A stretch of DNA of 37,485 bases from Methanobacteriota archaeon (GTDB taxonomy: Archaea > Halobacteriota > Methanosarcinia > Methanosarcinales > Methanoperedenaceae), in the NCBI GenBank assembly GCA_018900975.1, contig JAHIFK010000234.1, forward strand, positions 1 through 37,485, read 5' to 3'. This document shows positions 18,828-26,879 of this stretch, one piece after another (position 1 is the first letter of the stretch; every line of letters begins with the position of its first letter). The notes under the pieces were generated by a model. The model searched no databases, was not told the origin of the DNA, and saw nothing but the letters and a program-made list of their open reading frames with translations. The translations under genes were made by a program, and so were the position numbers.

Positions 18828-20549
18828 ATGTCATTACCATTGCCAAACCTGGATGATAGGAACTTTGATGACCTGATGAAGGAAGCACGCTCCCTCATAC
18901 CTGTATATAATAAGGAGTGGACAAACTATAATCCATCAGATCCAGGAATAACCATGCTTGAGCTTTTTTCATGGTTAAGTGAAATGTCAATCTACCGTAT
19001 CAATAAGGTTCAGGAAGAGAACTATCGAAAGTTCCTGAAACTTCTCGATATTGAATATCTGTTCAGGTGGAATGAGATCCCTGGGGAGGATATGAATGAT
19101 CTAATTGATTTTTTTATAGAGACATATGGCTTCAACTGGATAAAGATCGCACAAATTGAAAAAATCGATGGGGGCAGGACTGCCAGGATCTATATTGAAA
19201 ATGAATTTGAAAATAAATCTATTCTTCTCAAACTTAATGATAAAGATGATAAAGTAACGATCATATTAGATAATGGAGGCACCCACGACTTAAATGTTAA
19301 AAAAGAACTATGGATTTACGAGAACCAGAAATCAGATTATTTATTTAGATGGGATAACGTCCCCGGGAGCGACAAAGACAGACTTATAACTTTTTTAACT
19401 CAAAGAGATAATGAATCTCTATGGATAAAAAATGCAAACCTCGAAAAAACCGATGATGGTAGAACTATAAAATTCTTTAATGAAACGCAATTTATTCTTC
19501 TGCAGCTCATTGTTGAAGATAATAAGGTCCTACTATATATGGGGACAACTTCTGGGATCCGTGAGAAAAAGTATGAATTTGATGTGATAAAGGACTTGAA
19601 AATATATGAAACCATCGAGTTTGATATCCGCAGAGGTCTGGAATCCATATCACAGCGCTACAGAGCGATAACGTCTGATGATTTTGAGTTTCTGGCTAAT
19701 CAATGTATCGAGACATTACAGAAAGGACTTTCTGGAAGAGCAATTTATGTTAATAACAGAGACCTTGAATATGGTAAGGTCACAAGTGAGGAGACTCAAC
19801 CCGGGCATGTTTCAGTTATCATCATTCCAGGTATTGAAAAACCTGTATTCAGCTGGGATGACATCCCGGGAAATGATAACATCCGGCTTATTGAATTCCT
19901 TGCGCAGACCTGTGGAGGGGAGTGGATAAAAACAGCCAGGATCGAAAAATCAGGTGGCAATATTATAAAAATTTTTGAGGTCACCGGCATTGCACCTGCT
20001 CCCGAAAGTGCCAGGTCTATTTCGCTCAAATTAAACGCGACACAGGATAAGGTAATTCTGGAATCACCATTCTACATTTCTTACGAATTTTCATTGAAAA
20101 AGGAGAAGGGAAAATTAAACGTATATTGTTATACAGTAGACGGTAAGCCATCTGAACTGCTAAAAGACCAGGTCAAGAAATATCTGGCTAAAAGAAAACT
20201 CGTCACGACCAGATTGCACATTGTGGGCCCGGATTATTACAAGGTGACTCTGGATGTGTACATTTCATTAAAAGATAACACTCTGGAAAAGACCGTTATT
20301 GATGATCTGGAAAAGAGCATAAGGGAGTATTATGACCCTCTTGCAGGTGGAAGAGAGGGTAAAGGATGGCCTCTTGGAAGGGATCTTTATCGTTCTGAGA
20401 TATACCAGCTTATTGAAAGCATACAGGGCGTTGATCATGTGGAAAAAATCGAGATAACCAGTTCTAATGTAGAATCTGTTGAGTTGGAAGAATATCAATT
20501 GATATGGCTGGATCAAAATGCAATTAAGATAAAGGTGCATTATGAATAG
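18828..20549 (+). CDS. Baseplate J/gp47-like protein with three inserted ~90-aa repeats
   Basis: LPLPNLDDR.F.DL..EA, WTNYNPSDPGITMLELFSWL, RAITSDDFE and DPL.GG..G.GWPLGR motifs. Confidence 0.9.
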   Translation: MSLPLPNLDDRNFDDLMKEARSLIPVYNKEWTNYNPSDPGITMLELFSWLSEMSIYRINKVQEENYRKFLKLLDIEYLFRWNEIPGEDMNDLIDFFIETYGFNWIKIAQIEKIDGGRTARIYIENEFENKSILLKLNDKDDKVTIILDNGGTHDLNVKKELWIYENQKSDYLFRWDNVPGSDKDRLITFLTQRDNESLWIKNANLEKTDDGRTIKFFNETQFILLQLIVEDNKVLLYMGTTSGIREKKYEFDVIKDLKIYETIEFDIRRGLESISQRYRAITSDDFEFLANQCIETLQKGLSGRAIYVNNRDLEYGKVTSEETQPGHVSVIIIPGIEKPVFSWDDIPGNDNIRLIEFLAQTCGGEWIKTARIEKSGGNIIKIFEVTGIAPAPESARSISLKLNATQDKVILESPFYISYEFSLKKEKGKLNVYCYTVDGKPSELLKDQVKKYLAKRKLVTTRLHIVGPDYYKVTLDVYISLKDNTLEKTVIDDLEKSIREYYDPLAGGREGKGWPLGRDLYRSEIYQLIESIQGVDHVEKIEITSSNVESVELEEYQLIWLDQNAIKIKVHYE

Positions 20550-21210
20550 CGGGGAAAAAGAAAGTAAATACATCAAATACCTTCCCTCTATTTACCAGAG
20601 GGATAAGAACGATCCGTCTTCGGCTTTCCTGGGGAATTTCCTGAAAGCGTTTGAAAAAGTACTTTCAGGTATTGAAGATGGGGTAAGCATAGATGGCAAA
20701 CCGGTTAAAGGGATCGAAGAGATCCTGGACAATATCCATAATTACTTTGATCCGCATGAAACCCCGGCGGATTTCTTGAACTGGCTCGCAGGCTGGGTGG
20801 CACTCATCCTTAAAGAGGGTGAAACATGGAGTGAGGAAAAAAAACGGGAACTTATTTCCAGGATAGTTCCGCTGTACCAGAGGCGAGGCACCCGGGAAGG
20901 TCTGGAGGAATATCTGAAAATATATGTGGGCGAGGGTGTGAGCGTTTTTGACGACCTTGGTCCTTTAAGGGTGGGTGTCAGTTCCAGGGTGGGTGTAGAT
21001 ACGGTGATCGGGGGACTACCTCCATATTTCTTCATCGTGGAAGTAACATTCCCTTCACCGAACCCCAGGCTAATTGGCGAGAAAAAAAAGGCTATCAAGG
21101 AAATAATAGATATAGAGAAGCCTGCACATACGTTTTACCGGATAAATATTAACATAACAACGTTTAGGGTCGGCTATTCAAGAGTGGAACTGGACTCGCT
21201 ATTGTGGTGA
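20542..21210 (+). CDS. P2 gpI-like phage tail/baseplate protein
   Basis: YLPSIYQ, FLKAFE, YFDP..TP.DFLNWLAGW, LYQRRGTREGL and EKPAHT motifs. Confidence 0.9.
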   Translation: MNSGEKESKYIKYLPSIYQRDKNDPSSAFLGNFLKAFEKVLSGIEDGVSIDGKPVKGIEEILDNIHNYFDPHETPADFLNWLAGWVALILKEGETWSEEKKRELISRIVPLYQRRGTREGLEEYLKIYVGEGVSVFDDLGPLRVGVSSRVGVDTVIGGLPPYFFIVEVTFPSPNPRLIGEKKKAIKEIIDIEKPAHTFYRININITTFRVGYSRVELDSLLW

Positions 21211-21234
21211 TAATCAGGAATTTAGGAGGAAAAT

Positions 21235-23874
21235 ATGGCAATGAAAAGATTGAATTATTTTAAAGGTGAGTTTTTAAATAAAGACGACTTCGAAGAAGAG
21301 CAGAATTATCATGTGGACATGCTCAGAAAACACAATGAGAACCTGCATAAAGGGGGCATTGCGGCAGGACTTGAAGTACCGGAAACCTTTGAAGATGGAA
21401 CTGCTGTAATTGGCGGGACAGACCTGTTAATTAAACGGGGTACGGCCATCGATGATTCAGGAAGACAGATAGTATTAACAGAAGATAAACGGATCACTGC
21501 TTCCACAATTATTCCTGCTGGTAGCATACAGGCAACATTTTATCTAATAATATATTACCATGAAGAACCGACTGACCCGAGGGAGGACAATCCAGGAAAA
21601 CTTGAGAATTCGCGGGTAAAAGAGGAGCCGGTGATTACCTTTGTCGAAGTTCTGCAAGCTAATGATCCGAAAAAGCCTCTCATTCTTGCAACAGTAACTT
21701 TAGATTCTAATAAAAAAATTACTAAAATCGATATAAATGGCAGGAAATATGCTTCTTCCAGGATCGCTGATAGATCCATCACATCCATAAAGATCGATAG
21801 TGGAGCCGTGAAAAAAGAGCACCTTAACATTGATATTTTTAATAACCTCCTGTCTTCTCCCGATGGCACCATTGGCATCCAGGTTGACAGTCCCAACAAA
21901 ATTATTAAATTAACGTCTCAAGTCGCAACCGGAGTGGTGGAGTTTTCAGGATTTACACCATCTGTTAAAAACGTCTCGGGATTGATCGATCCCGGATTTG
22001 GACCTGGACCCATATCGGTAATTATGGGTCTTGATGAGACACATACTTCGAACAAACAGGTGTTCATTGGCGCTTCTGAGGCTTCTGGATTTTTTAATTT
22101 ACCCGATGTTTTGCTTGGAGCCCTTGTGGATACGTCGACAGGCAATTTCAGAGTAGGAATGCGTGTAAATGGAACGGCAACATCTCCTATCCGGGTAAGG
22201 TGGTGGGCATTCAAACCCGGCCAGGACAAGGGTACATTGGTTGTGGTTTCGGTTTCGATCGATCCATTCAATCCCAGTTTGCGACCAGGAAGGACTCTTC
22301 AATTTGAAGCTAACGTGACAGGAACTGGCAACAAGGCGGTCGACTGGAGTGTACAGGAAACTGATGGTGGAAGCATAACCAATACAGGTCTCTATACAGC
22401 CCCGATAACTCCGGGGACATACCATGTAATTGCCACAAGCCATGCAGACGCAACTAAGAGCGGAATGACATCTGTTGCGGTCACCGAAGATATCACAGTA
22501 TCCATAGCTCCGGCAACGGCCAGGGTTTTTGCAGGCGATCAACAACAGTTCAAAGCAAGCGTGACAGGCAGCTCAAATCCTGGAGTAACCTGGAGTGTGA
22601 AGGAAACTAAAGGTGGCACAATAGATAACACAGGTCTCTATACAGCTCCGGCAATAGCGGGAACTTATACTGTCGTAGCAACAAGCAAAGCAGATAATAC
22701 CAAAACAGCAACAGCACAAGTAGAGGTACAACCTAAAGTGGCTGTGACTATCAGCCCTGCAGAAGTCAACCTTTTCTCAGGTAAGCAGCAACAATTCAAG
22801 GCTAACGTAACTGGCAGCGCCGATACCGGTGTAATATGGAGCGTACAGGAAGGGTCCGGGGGCGGAACCATAGATGGCACAGGTCTGTATACAGCACCAT
22901 CAGGGATTATCCGAGTCCTAGAGCCTATAATGGCCCCCAGTATATCGGAACCCAGACTTTCCCCAATAGTGACAGGGACTGGTCTTACCCCCATTACACC
23001 TCCCACTACCATTATAACTCCCATAACTCCTGTTTTATCCCCTGGAATCATAGGAACGTATCATGTTGTCGCTACAAGTAAAGCAGATCCCACAAAGACG
23101 GCTGTGGCGATCGTTACTGTGACAATGGCTTCTGTTTCTATCAGCCCGGCACAGGTAACCATTTTACCGGGTAGGACCCAAAAGTTCACAGCAACAGTTC
23201 TGGGTGTACCCGATACCAGAGTGAACTGGAGCACAACAGGTGGAACTATAGATGCCACTGGCCTCTATACGGCTCCAGTAACGCCAGGAACATATCAAGT
23301 GGCAGCCACAAGCGTTGCCGACTCGACCAAAACAGCCACATCATCTGTAACTGTTACGCCCGGTATTTCCGTGTCTATAAATCCTGCGTCTACAACTGTA
23401 GAAATTAATAAAGGAGTACAGTTTAGAGCGAATGTAACAGGGACGACCAATACCGCTGTAACCTGGAGAGTCCAGGAAACAAACGGAGGCAGCATTAACA
23501 CGACTGGTTTATATATTTCCCCGGGCACTCCTGGAACGTATCATGTAGTAGCCACAAGCGTTGCTGACACGACCAGGACAGCCACATCAACTGTTACAGT
23601 AACTTCAATAAAGACAGATCTAGAAAAGTTGATCGAAAAGGCAAAAGATACAGATAAAATAGCTAAAGAATTAGAAAAGGCAAAAGATGCGGATAAAACT
23701 GCTGAAAAGTTAGCCAAAGAGATCGAAACCGGAGGAGGAATTACTCCCATAATAAACCCTGGCCCTATAATGTCCCCCGAGGGAGGTTCCACTTTCGATG
23801 GTGTAACAAACGGACGTGCTTTTATCCGCCCGGAAGAACGGCCTGATATAGGGACGATAACGCAGCCAAAATGA
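21235..23874 (+). CDS. Putative tail fibre/adhesin with five Ig-like repeats and a charged C-terminal tail
   Basis: N-terminal baseplate-anchor motif RLNYFKGEFL...DFEEEQNYH...GI..GLEV...GTAIDDSGRQIVL; five V.I.P...Q.F.A.V.G.....V.W...GG.I...GLY..P...GTY.V.ATS repeats; follows gpI. Confidence 0.8.
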   Translation: MAMKRLNYFKGEFLNKDDFEEEQNYHVDMLRKHNENLHKGGIAAGLEVPETFEDGTAVIGGTDLLIKRGTAIDDSGRQIVLTEDKRITASTIIPAGSIQATFYLIIYYHEEPTDPREDNPGKLENSRVKEEPVITFVEVLQANDPKKPLILATVTLDSNKKITKIDINGRKYASSRIADRSITSIKIDSGAVKKEHLNIDIFNNLLSSPDGTIGIQVDSPNKIIKLTSQVATGVVEFSGFTPSVKNVSGLIDPGFGPGPISVIMGLDETHTSNKQVFIGASEASGFFNLPDVLLGALVDTSTGNFRVGMRVNGTATSPIRVRWWAFKPGQDKGTLVVVSVSIDPFNPSLRPGRTLQFEANVTGTGNKAVDWSVQETDGGSITNTGLYTAPITPGTYHVIATSHADATKSGMTSVAVTEDITVSIAPATARVFAGDQQQFKASVTGSSNPGVTWSVKETKGGTIDNTGLYTAPAIAGTYTVVATSKADNTKTATAQVEVQPKVAVTISPAEVNLFSGKQQQFKANVTGSADTGVIWSVQEGSGGGTIDGTGLYTAPSGIIRVLEPIMAPSISEPRLSPIVTGTGLTPITPPTTIITPITPVLSPGIIGTYHVVATSKADPTKTAVAIVTVTMASVSISPAQVTILPGRTQKFTATVLGVPDTRVNWSTTGGTIDATGLYTAPVTPGTYQVAATSVADSTKTATSSVTVTPGISVSINPASTTVEINKGVQFRANVTGTTNTAVTWRVQETNGGSINTTGLYISPGTPGTYHVVATSVADTTRTATSTVTVTSIKTDLEKLIEKAKDTDKIAKELEKAKDADKTAEKLAKEIETGGGITPIINPGPIMSPEGGSTFDGVTNGRAFIRPEERPDIGTITQPK
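22246..23604 (+). repeat. Five tandem ~80-aa Ig-like (Big_2-type) domains
   Basis: GLYTAP x4 plus GLYISP; GTY.V.ATS.AD.T(K/R) x5. Confidence 0.9.
23635..23712 (+). repeat. 39-bp in-frame tandem repeat x2 in the fibre C-terminus
   Basis: Encodes EKAKDTDKIAKEL / EKAKDADKTAEKL. Confidence 0.85.
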
Positions 23875-24605
23875 ACAAGAAGATCCTTGTCGTTGCGAAT
23901 AATAGTGACCTGCAGGCAAAAGAACTTGTTAAAAGATGGAGTTTTCAGGGTGCATGCCTGCTGACCCCGGAGAACCTGTCCGTGGAAGGCTGGCGATACC
24001 ACACGGGAGACATTGATAATGGTATTGCAATTGTAGATGGACTTCCATTTTTTTCGCACGATATCATCGGGGTGCTCACAAGGATGCACTGTGTTATTGA
24101 GAATGATCTGCGTCATATTGTCCCGACTGACAGGGCATACGTTGCCTCAGAGATGAGCGCCTTTTTGCTGGCATGGTTGTTTTCCCTCAAGTGTCCCGTA
24201 CTTAACAGACCTACACCAACCTCCCTTTCAGGGCCATACTGGAGGCATGAAAAGTGGATTTTTACTGCAGCCAGGCTCGGTATCCCGGTCGCTCCATCCC
24301 ACAGGAGCGTAATTTTTCAGGCAAATCAAATTTTGACTCCTGAAAGTGGAGGGGTTACCGTAACCATTGTTGGTAGTAAGCATTTTGGGAATGTTGATAA
24401 GGTTCTGATAGGACATGCACGTAAACTTGCCGACACCGCAGGAGTCGATCTTCTTTCGGTCAGATTTAGCGGGCATGGACCCGACTCCGTTTTCATGGGT
24501 GCCAATCTTGTAACTGGTTTTGTTCCTGAAGATATGGCTGATGCAATATTCGAGTACTTCCAGGGCAAAGCTGACCGTGAAAATCGCCAGGAGATGGAAG
24601 GTTGA
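23871..24605 (+). CDS. Degenerate ATP-grasp-like protein (probable non-catalytic partner)
   Basis: YVASE....L.AWL.SL.CPVLNRP...AARLGIPV matches the N-terminal half of RimK/MvdD-type ligases; central lid region missing; ExN replaced by GAN; ATGA overlap with the fibre gene. Confidence 0.65.
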   Translation: MNKKILVVANNSDLQAKELVKRWSFQGACLLTPENLSVEGWRYHTGDIDNGIAIVDGLPFFSHDIIGVLTRMHCVIENDLRHIVPTDRAYVASEMSAFLLAWLFSLKCPVLNRPTPTSLSGPYWRHEKWIFTAARLGIPVAPSHRSVIFQANQILTPESGGVTVTIVGSKHFGNVDKVLIGHARKLADTAGVDLLSVRFSGHGPDSVFMGANLVTGFVPEDMADAIFEYFQGKADRENRQEMEG

Positions 24606-25534
24606 TCTTACTATGGGGACTTCTTCAGGATAGACCTCTTTCAGCCGTATATGATGCCCTTAAAAGGAAGGGGTCGAATGTGATTTTCCTTGACCAGATG
24701 AAAGTTCTTGAGACACAGGTAGAACTTTATGTGGATTCCGATATCCGGGGTTTCCTGCATACTTGTGACTGGACAATTTCACTTGAAGCGATAACAGCAG
24801 TTTATATACGGACATACGACTGGCGACAGTTGCCGGAAATCAAAAAAGGAGGATATGGCAGCCCGGCATGGAATCATGCTATGCTCCTGGAAGATGTTCT
24901 GTCTTCATGGCTTGAGATCACACCCGCACTTGTTGTGAATCGTTTGTCGGCTATGTCTTCAAATAATTCCAAACCTTACCAGGCTTCGCAAATCAGGGCA
25001 TTTGGTTTTGGTATTCCTGATACACTTATCACTACAGACCCCTCTGCAGTGCTTGAGTTCCTGGAAAGGCATGGGGAAGTCATATACAAGTCTATTAGTG
25101 GTGTCCGAAGCATCGTCTCACGCCTGACAAAGGAAACCCTTTGTCGCCTTGATGATATCCTCTGGTGTCCGACCCAGTTCCAGGAGTATATACCGGGTAA
25201 TGATTATCGTGTCCATGTGGTGGGGGATGATATATTCCCATGCGAAATAGTCTCCGAAGCTGACGACTACAGGTATGCTGCAAGCAAAGGAGCTGGGATT
25301 ACCGTGCGCCCCTGTGAAATTCCACAGGATTGCATAGATCGGTGCAGGGCACTTTCTAAGGCGACGGGACTTATATTTGCCGGGATTGACCTGCGGTTCA
25401 CGCCAGAAGCCAAGTGGTATTGCTTCGAGGTCAATCCATCCCCGGGATTTACTTATTATCAGAACATGACAGATCAGCCAATTGCCGATGCTGTTGCCAG
25501 GCTTTTGGTGAAAGGTGCGGGAAATTATAGTTAG
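24602..25534 (+). CDS. RimK/MvdC-MvdD-type ATP-grasp ligase
   Basis: VVNR...NNSKPYQ, IPDTLITTDP, VIYKSISG, PTQFQEYIPGNDYRVHVVG, DYR, FAGIDL and FEVNPSPG motifs; TTGA overlap with the preceding gene. Confidence 0.92.
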   Translation: MILLWGLLQDRPLSAVYDALKRKGSNVIFLDQMKVLETQVELYVDSDIRGFLHTCDWTISLEAITAVYIRTYDWRQLPEIKKGGYGSPAWNHAMLLEDVLSSWLEITPALVVNRLSAMSSNNSKPYQASQIRAFGFGIPDTLITTDPSAVLEFLERHGEVIYKSISGVRSIVSRLTKETLCRLDDILWCPTQFQEYIPGNDYRVHVVGDDIFPCEIVSEADDYRYAASKGAGITVRPCEIPQDCIDRCRALSKATGLIFAGIDLRFTPEAKWYCFEVNPSPGFTYYQNMTDQPIADAVARLLVKGAGNYS

Positions 25535-25565
25535 CTGAATTTGTTCAACTGGAGATCATGGAAGT

Positions 25566-25587
25566 AAAAAAAAGCAATTATTTATTC
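25566..25587 (+). promoter_or_regulatory. Possible BRE/TATA promoter for the effector genes
   Basis: A-run followed by AATTATTTATT about 60 bp upstream of the ATG at 25648. Confidence 0.3.
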
Positions 25588-25647
25588 AATATATTAGTCG
25601 GGAAACCGAATATGGCTGGACTATGAAACGAAAATGTGGAGGTTCCA

Positions 25648-26862
25648 ATGAGTGAAAGATTAAAATTGGCAATAAGAAAACAGAAAATGAAAGATATGGA
25701 TTCGCCAAAACTAAATGTCACAGTTTCCCGATCCATCAGATCGGCTGCAGACAAAATTATGTTCCTTCAACAAACAATAGGAAATCAGGCTGTTCAGAGG
25801 CTGATGAGGTCAGGAACTTTGCAGGCAAAACTCAGGATAGGCGCACCGGGAGATGTTTACGAGCAGGAGGCTGACAGGGTGGCGGATGCAGTGATGAGGA
25901 TGCCGCAGCCGCAGGCAGTATCCGGTGGTACACCCTACATCCAGAGGGCTTCCCCGAAATGTGAAGAGGAGGAACTGAAGAGGCAACCGATAAAAGAAGA
26001 GGAGGAAGAGGAGAAGCTGCAAAGGAAACCTGTAGAAGAGGAGGAGGAGCTTCAGGCGAAGGCAACATCAGGTAGTATTTCTGAAGTAAATCCTGATATC
26101 GAATCAAATATCCAGTCTCTCAAAGGCGCAGGACAAACATTGTCCCCACCCGAAAGGGCATTCTTTGAACCGCGTTTCGGGGCTGATTTCGGAAACGTGC
26201 GCGTGCACAACGACACGCGGGCAGCCTACCTGGCTCAGTCAGTCAATGCTCGTGCTTTTACCCTCGGGAACGATGTGGTGTTCGGCGCCGGGCAGTATGC
26301 TCCGGGGACTAGCGAAGGGCGATGTTTGCTGGCACATGAATTGACACATGTTCGCCAGCAGCGATCTTCTTCGAATAGCTTATTAATCAATCGCTACCCA
26401 CGGGGGGCATTGGAAGAACTGGCGATTAACAGAGGAACAAAATCGGGAACCAAGACCAGAACAGCTGTCGGGTCTGGTGTTAAAATATGTTATGTTCCTT
26501 TATCAATTTTTCCTAATTGGCTACCTAATTGGGCAGCGCCAGCAAACCATGCATTTATAGAGTTCGACGATGGATGGTCTGCAGGTTTTACAATGCTGGA
26601 AGGAGAAAGTAAAGAAGATGCCAGGGTAATCTCTCCAGAGCCGAGACGAAATGACTCGCGAAAATGGTGCTTCAATGCAGAAAGAAAAGATTCTGAAGAA
26701 TGTCAGTCAAAACCGATCAATGATATAAAGAGTTGTATTAAAGCAGAAGCAAGAAAAAATCCTGGTAAATACCATCTCATTAGAAATAACTGTGGAGATT
26801 GGGTAAAAAGAACTTTTGATAATTGTTGCTTAAAACCAAATACTCCCTGGCATATCTATTAA
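25648..26862 (+). CDS. DUF4157 (eCIS core) effector 1 with C-terminal permuted papain-like (NlpC/P60) domain
   Basis: LQQTIGNQAVQR, QAKLRIGAPGDVYEQEADRVA and EPRFGADFGNVRVH...LLAHELTHVRQQ motifs; C-terminal NHAFI...YHLIRNNCGDWV; ATG at 25648 after GGAGGT. Confidence 0.85.
   Translation: MSERLKLAIRKQKMKDMDSPKLNVTVSRSIRSAADKIMFLQQTIGNQAVQRLMRSGTLQAKLRIGAPGDVYEQEADRVADAVMRMPQPQAVSGGTPYIQRASPKCEEEELKRQPIKEEEEEEKLQRKPVEEEEELQAKATSGSISEVNPDIESNIQSLKGAGQTLSPPERAFFEPRFGADFGNVRVHNDTRAAYLAQSVNARAFTLGNDVVFGAGQYAPGTSEGRCLLAHELTHVRQQRSSSNSLLINRYPRGALEELAINRGTKSGTKTRTAVGSGVKICYVPLSIFPNWLPNWAAPANHAFIEFDDGWSAGFTMLEGESKEDARVISPEPRRNDSRKWCFNAERKDSEECQSKPINDIKSCIKAEARKNPGKYHLIRNNCGDWVKRTFDNCCLKPNTPWHIY
25993..26360 (+). 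repeat. DUF4157 block nearly identical to ~28390-28760
   Basis: KEEEEEEKLQRKPVEEEEELQAK...LLAHELTH conserved at DNA level between effectors 1 and 3. Confidence 0.85.
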
Positions 26863-26879
26863 ATTTCAAGGAGATAACA

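Noticed and set aside
3140-23874. Prophage or T6SS interpretation
   Set aside because: No capsid, portal, terminase, integrase or replication genes and no TssJLM/ClpV; the Afp15-type ATPase, DUF4255 and DUF4157 genes indicate an eCIS.
21309-24116. Long antisense ORFs over the fibre gene (up to 191 aa), and similar ones elsewhere in the window
   Set aside because: Shadows of codon-biased Thr/Val/Gly-rich coding sequence with no recognisable motifs.
26823-26879. Longer TTG/GTG starts given in the ORF track (26823, also 3119 and 25636)
   Set aside because: Downstream ATGs (26880, 3140, 25648) have SD motifs, and 26880 matches the paralogous start at 30160.
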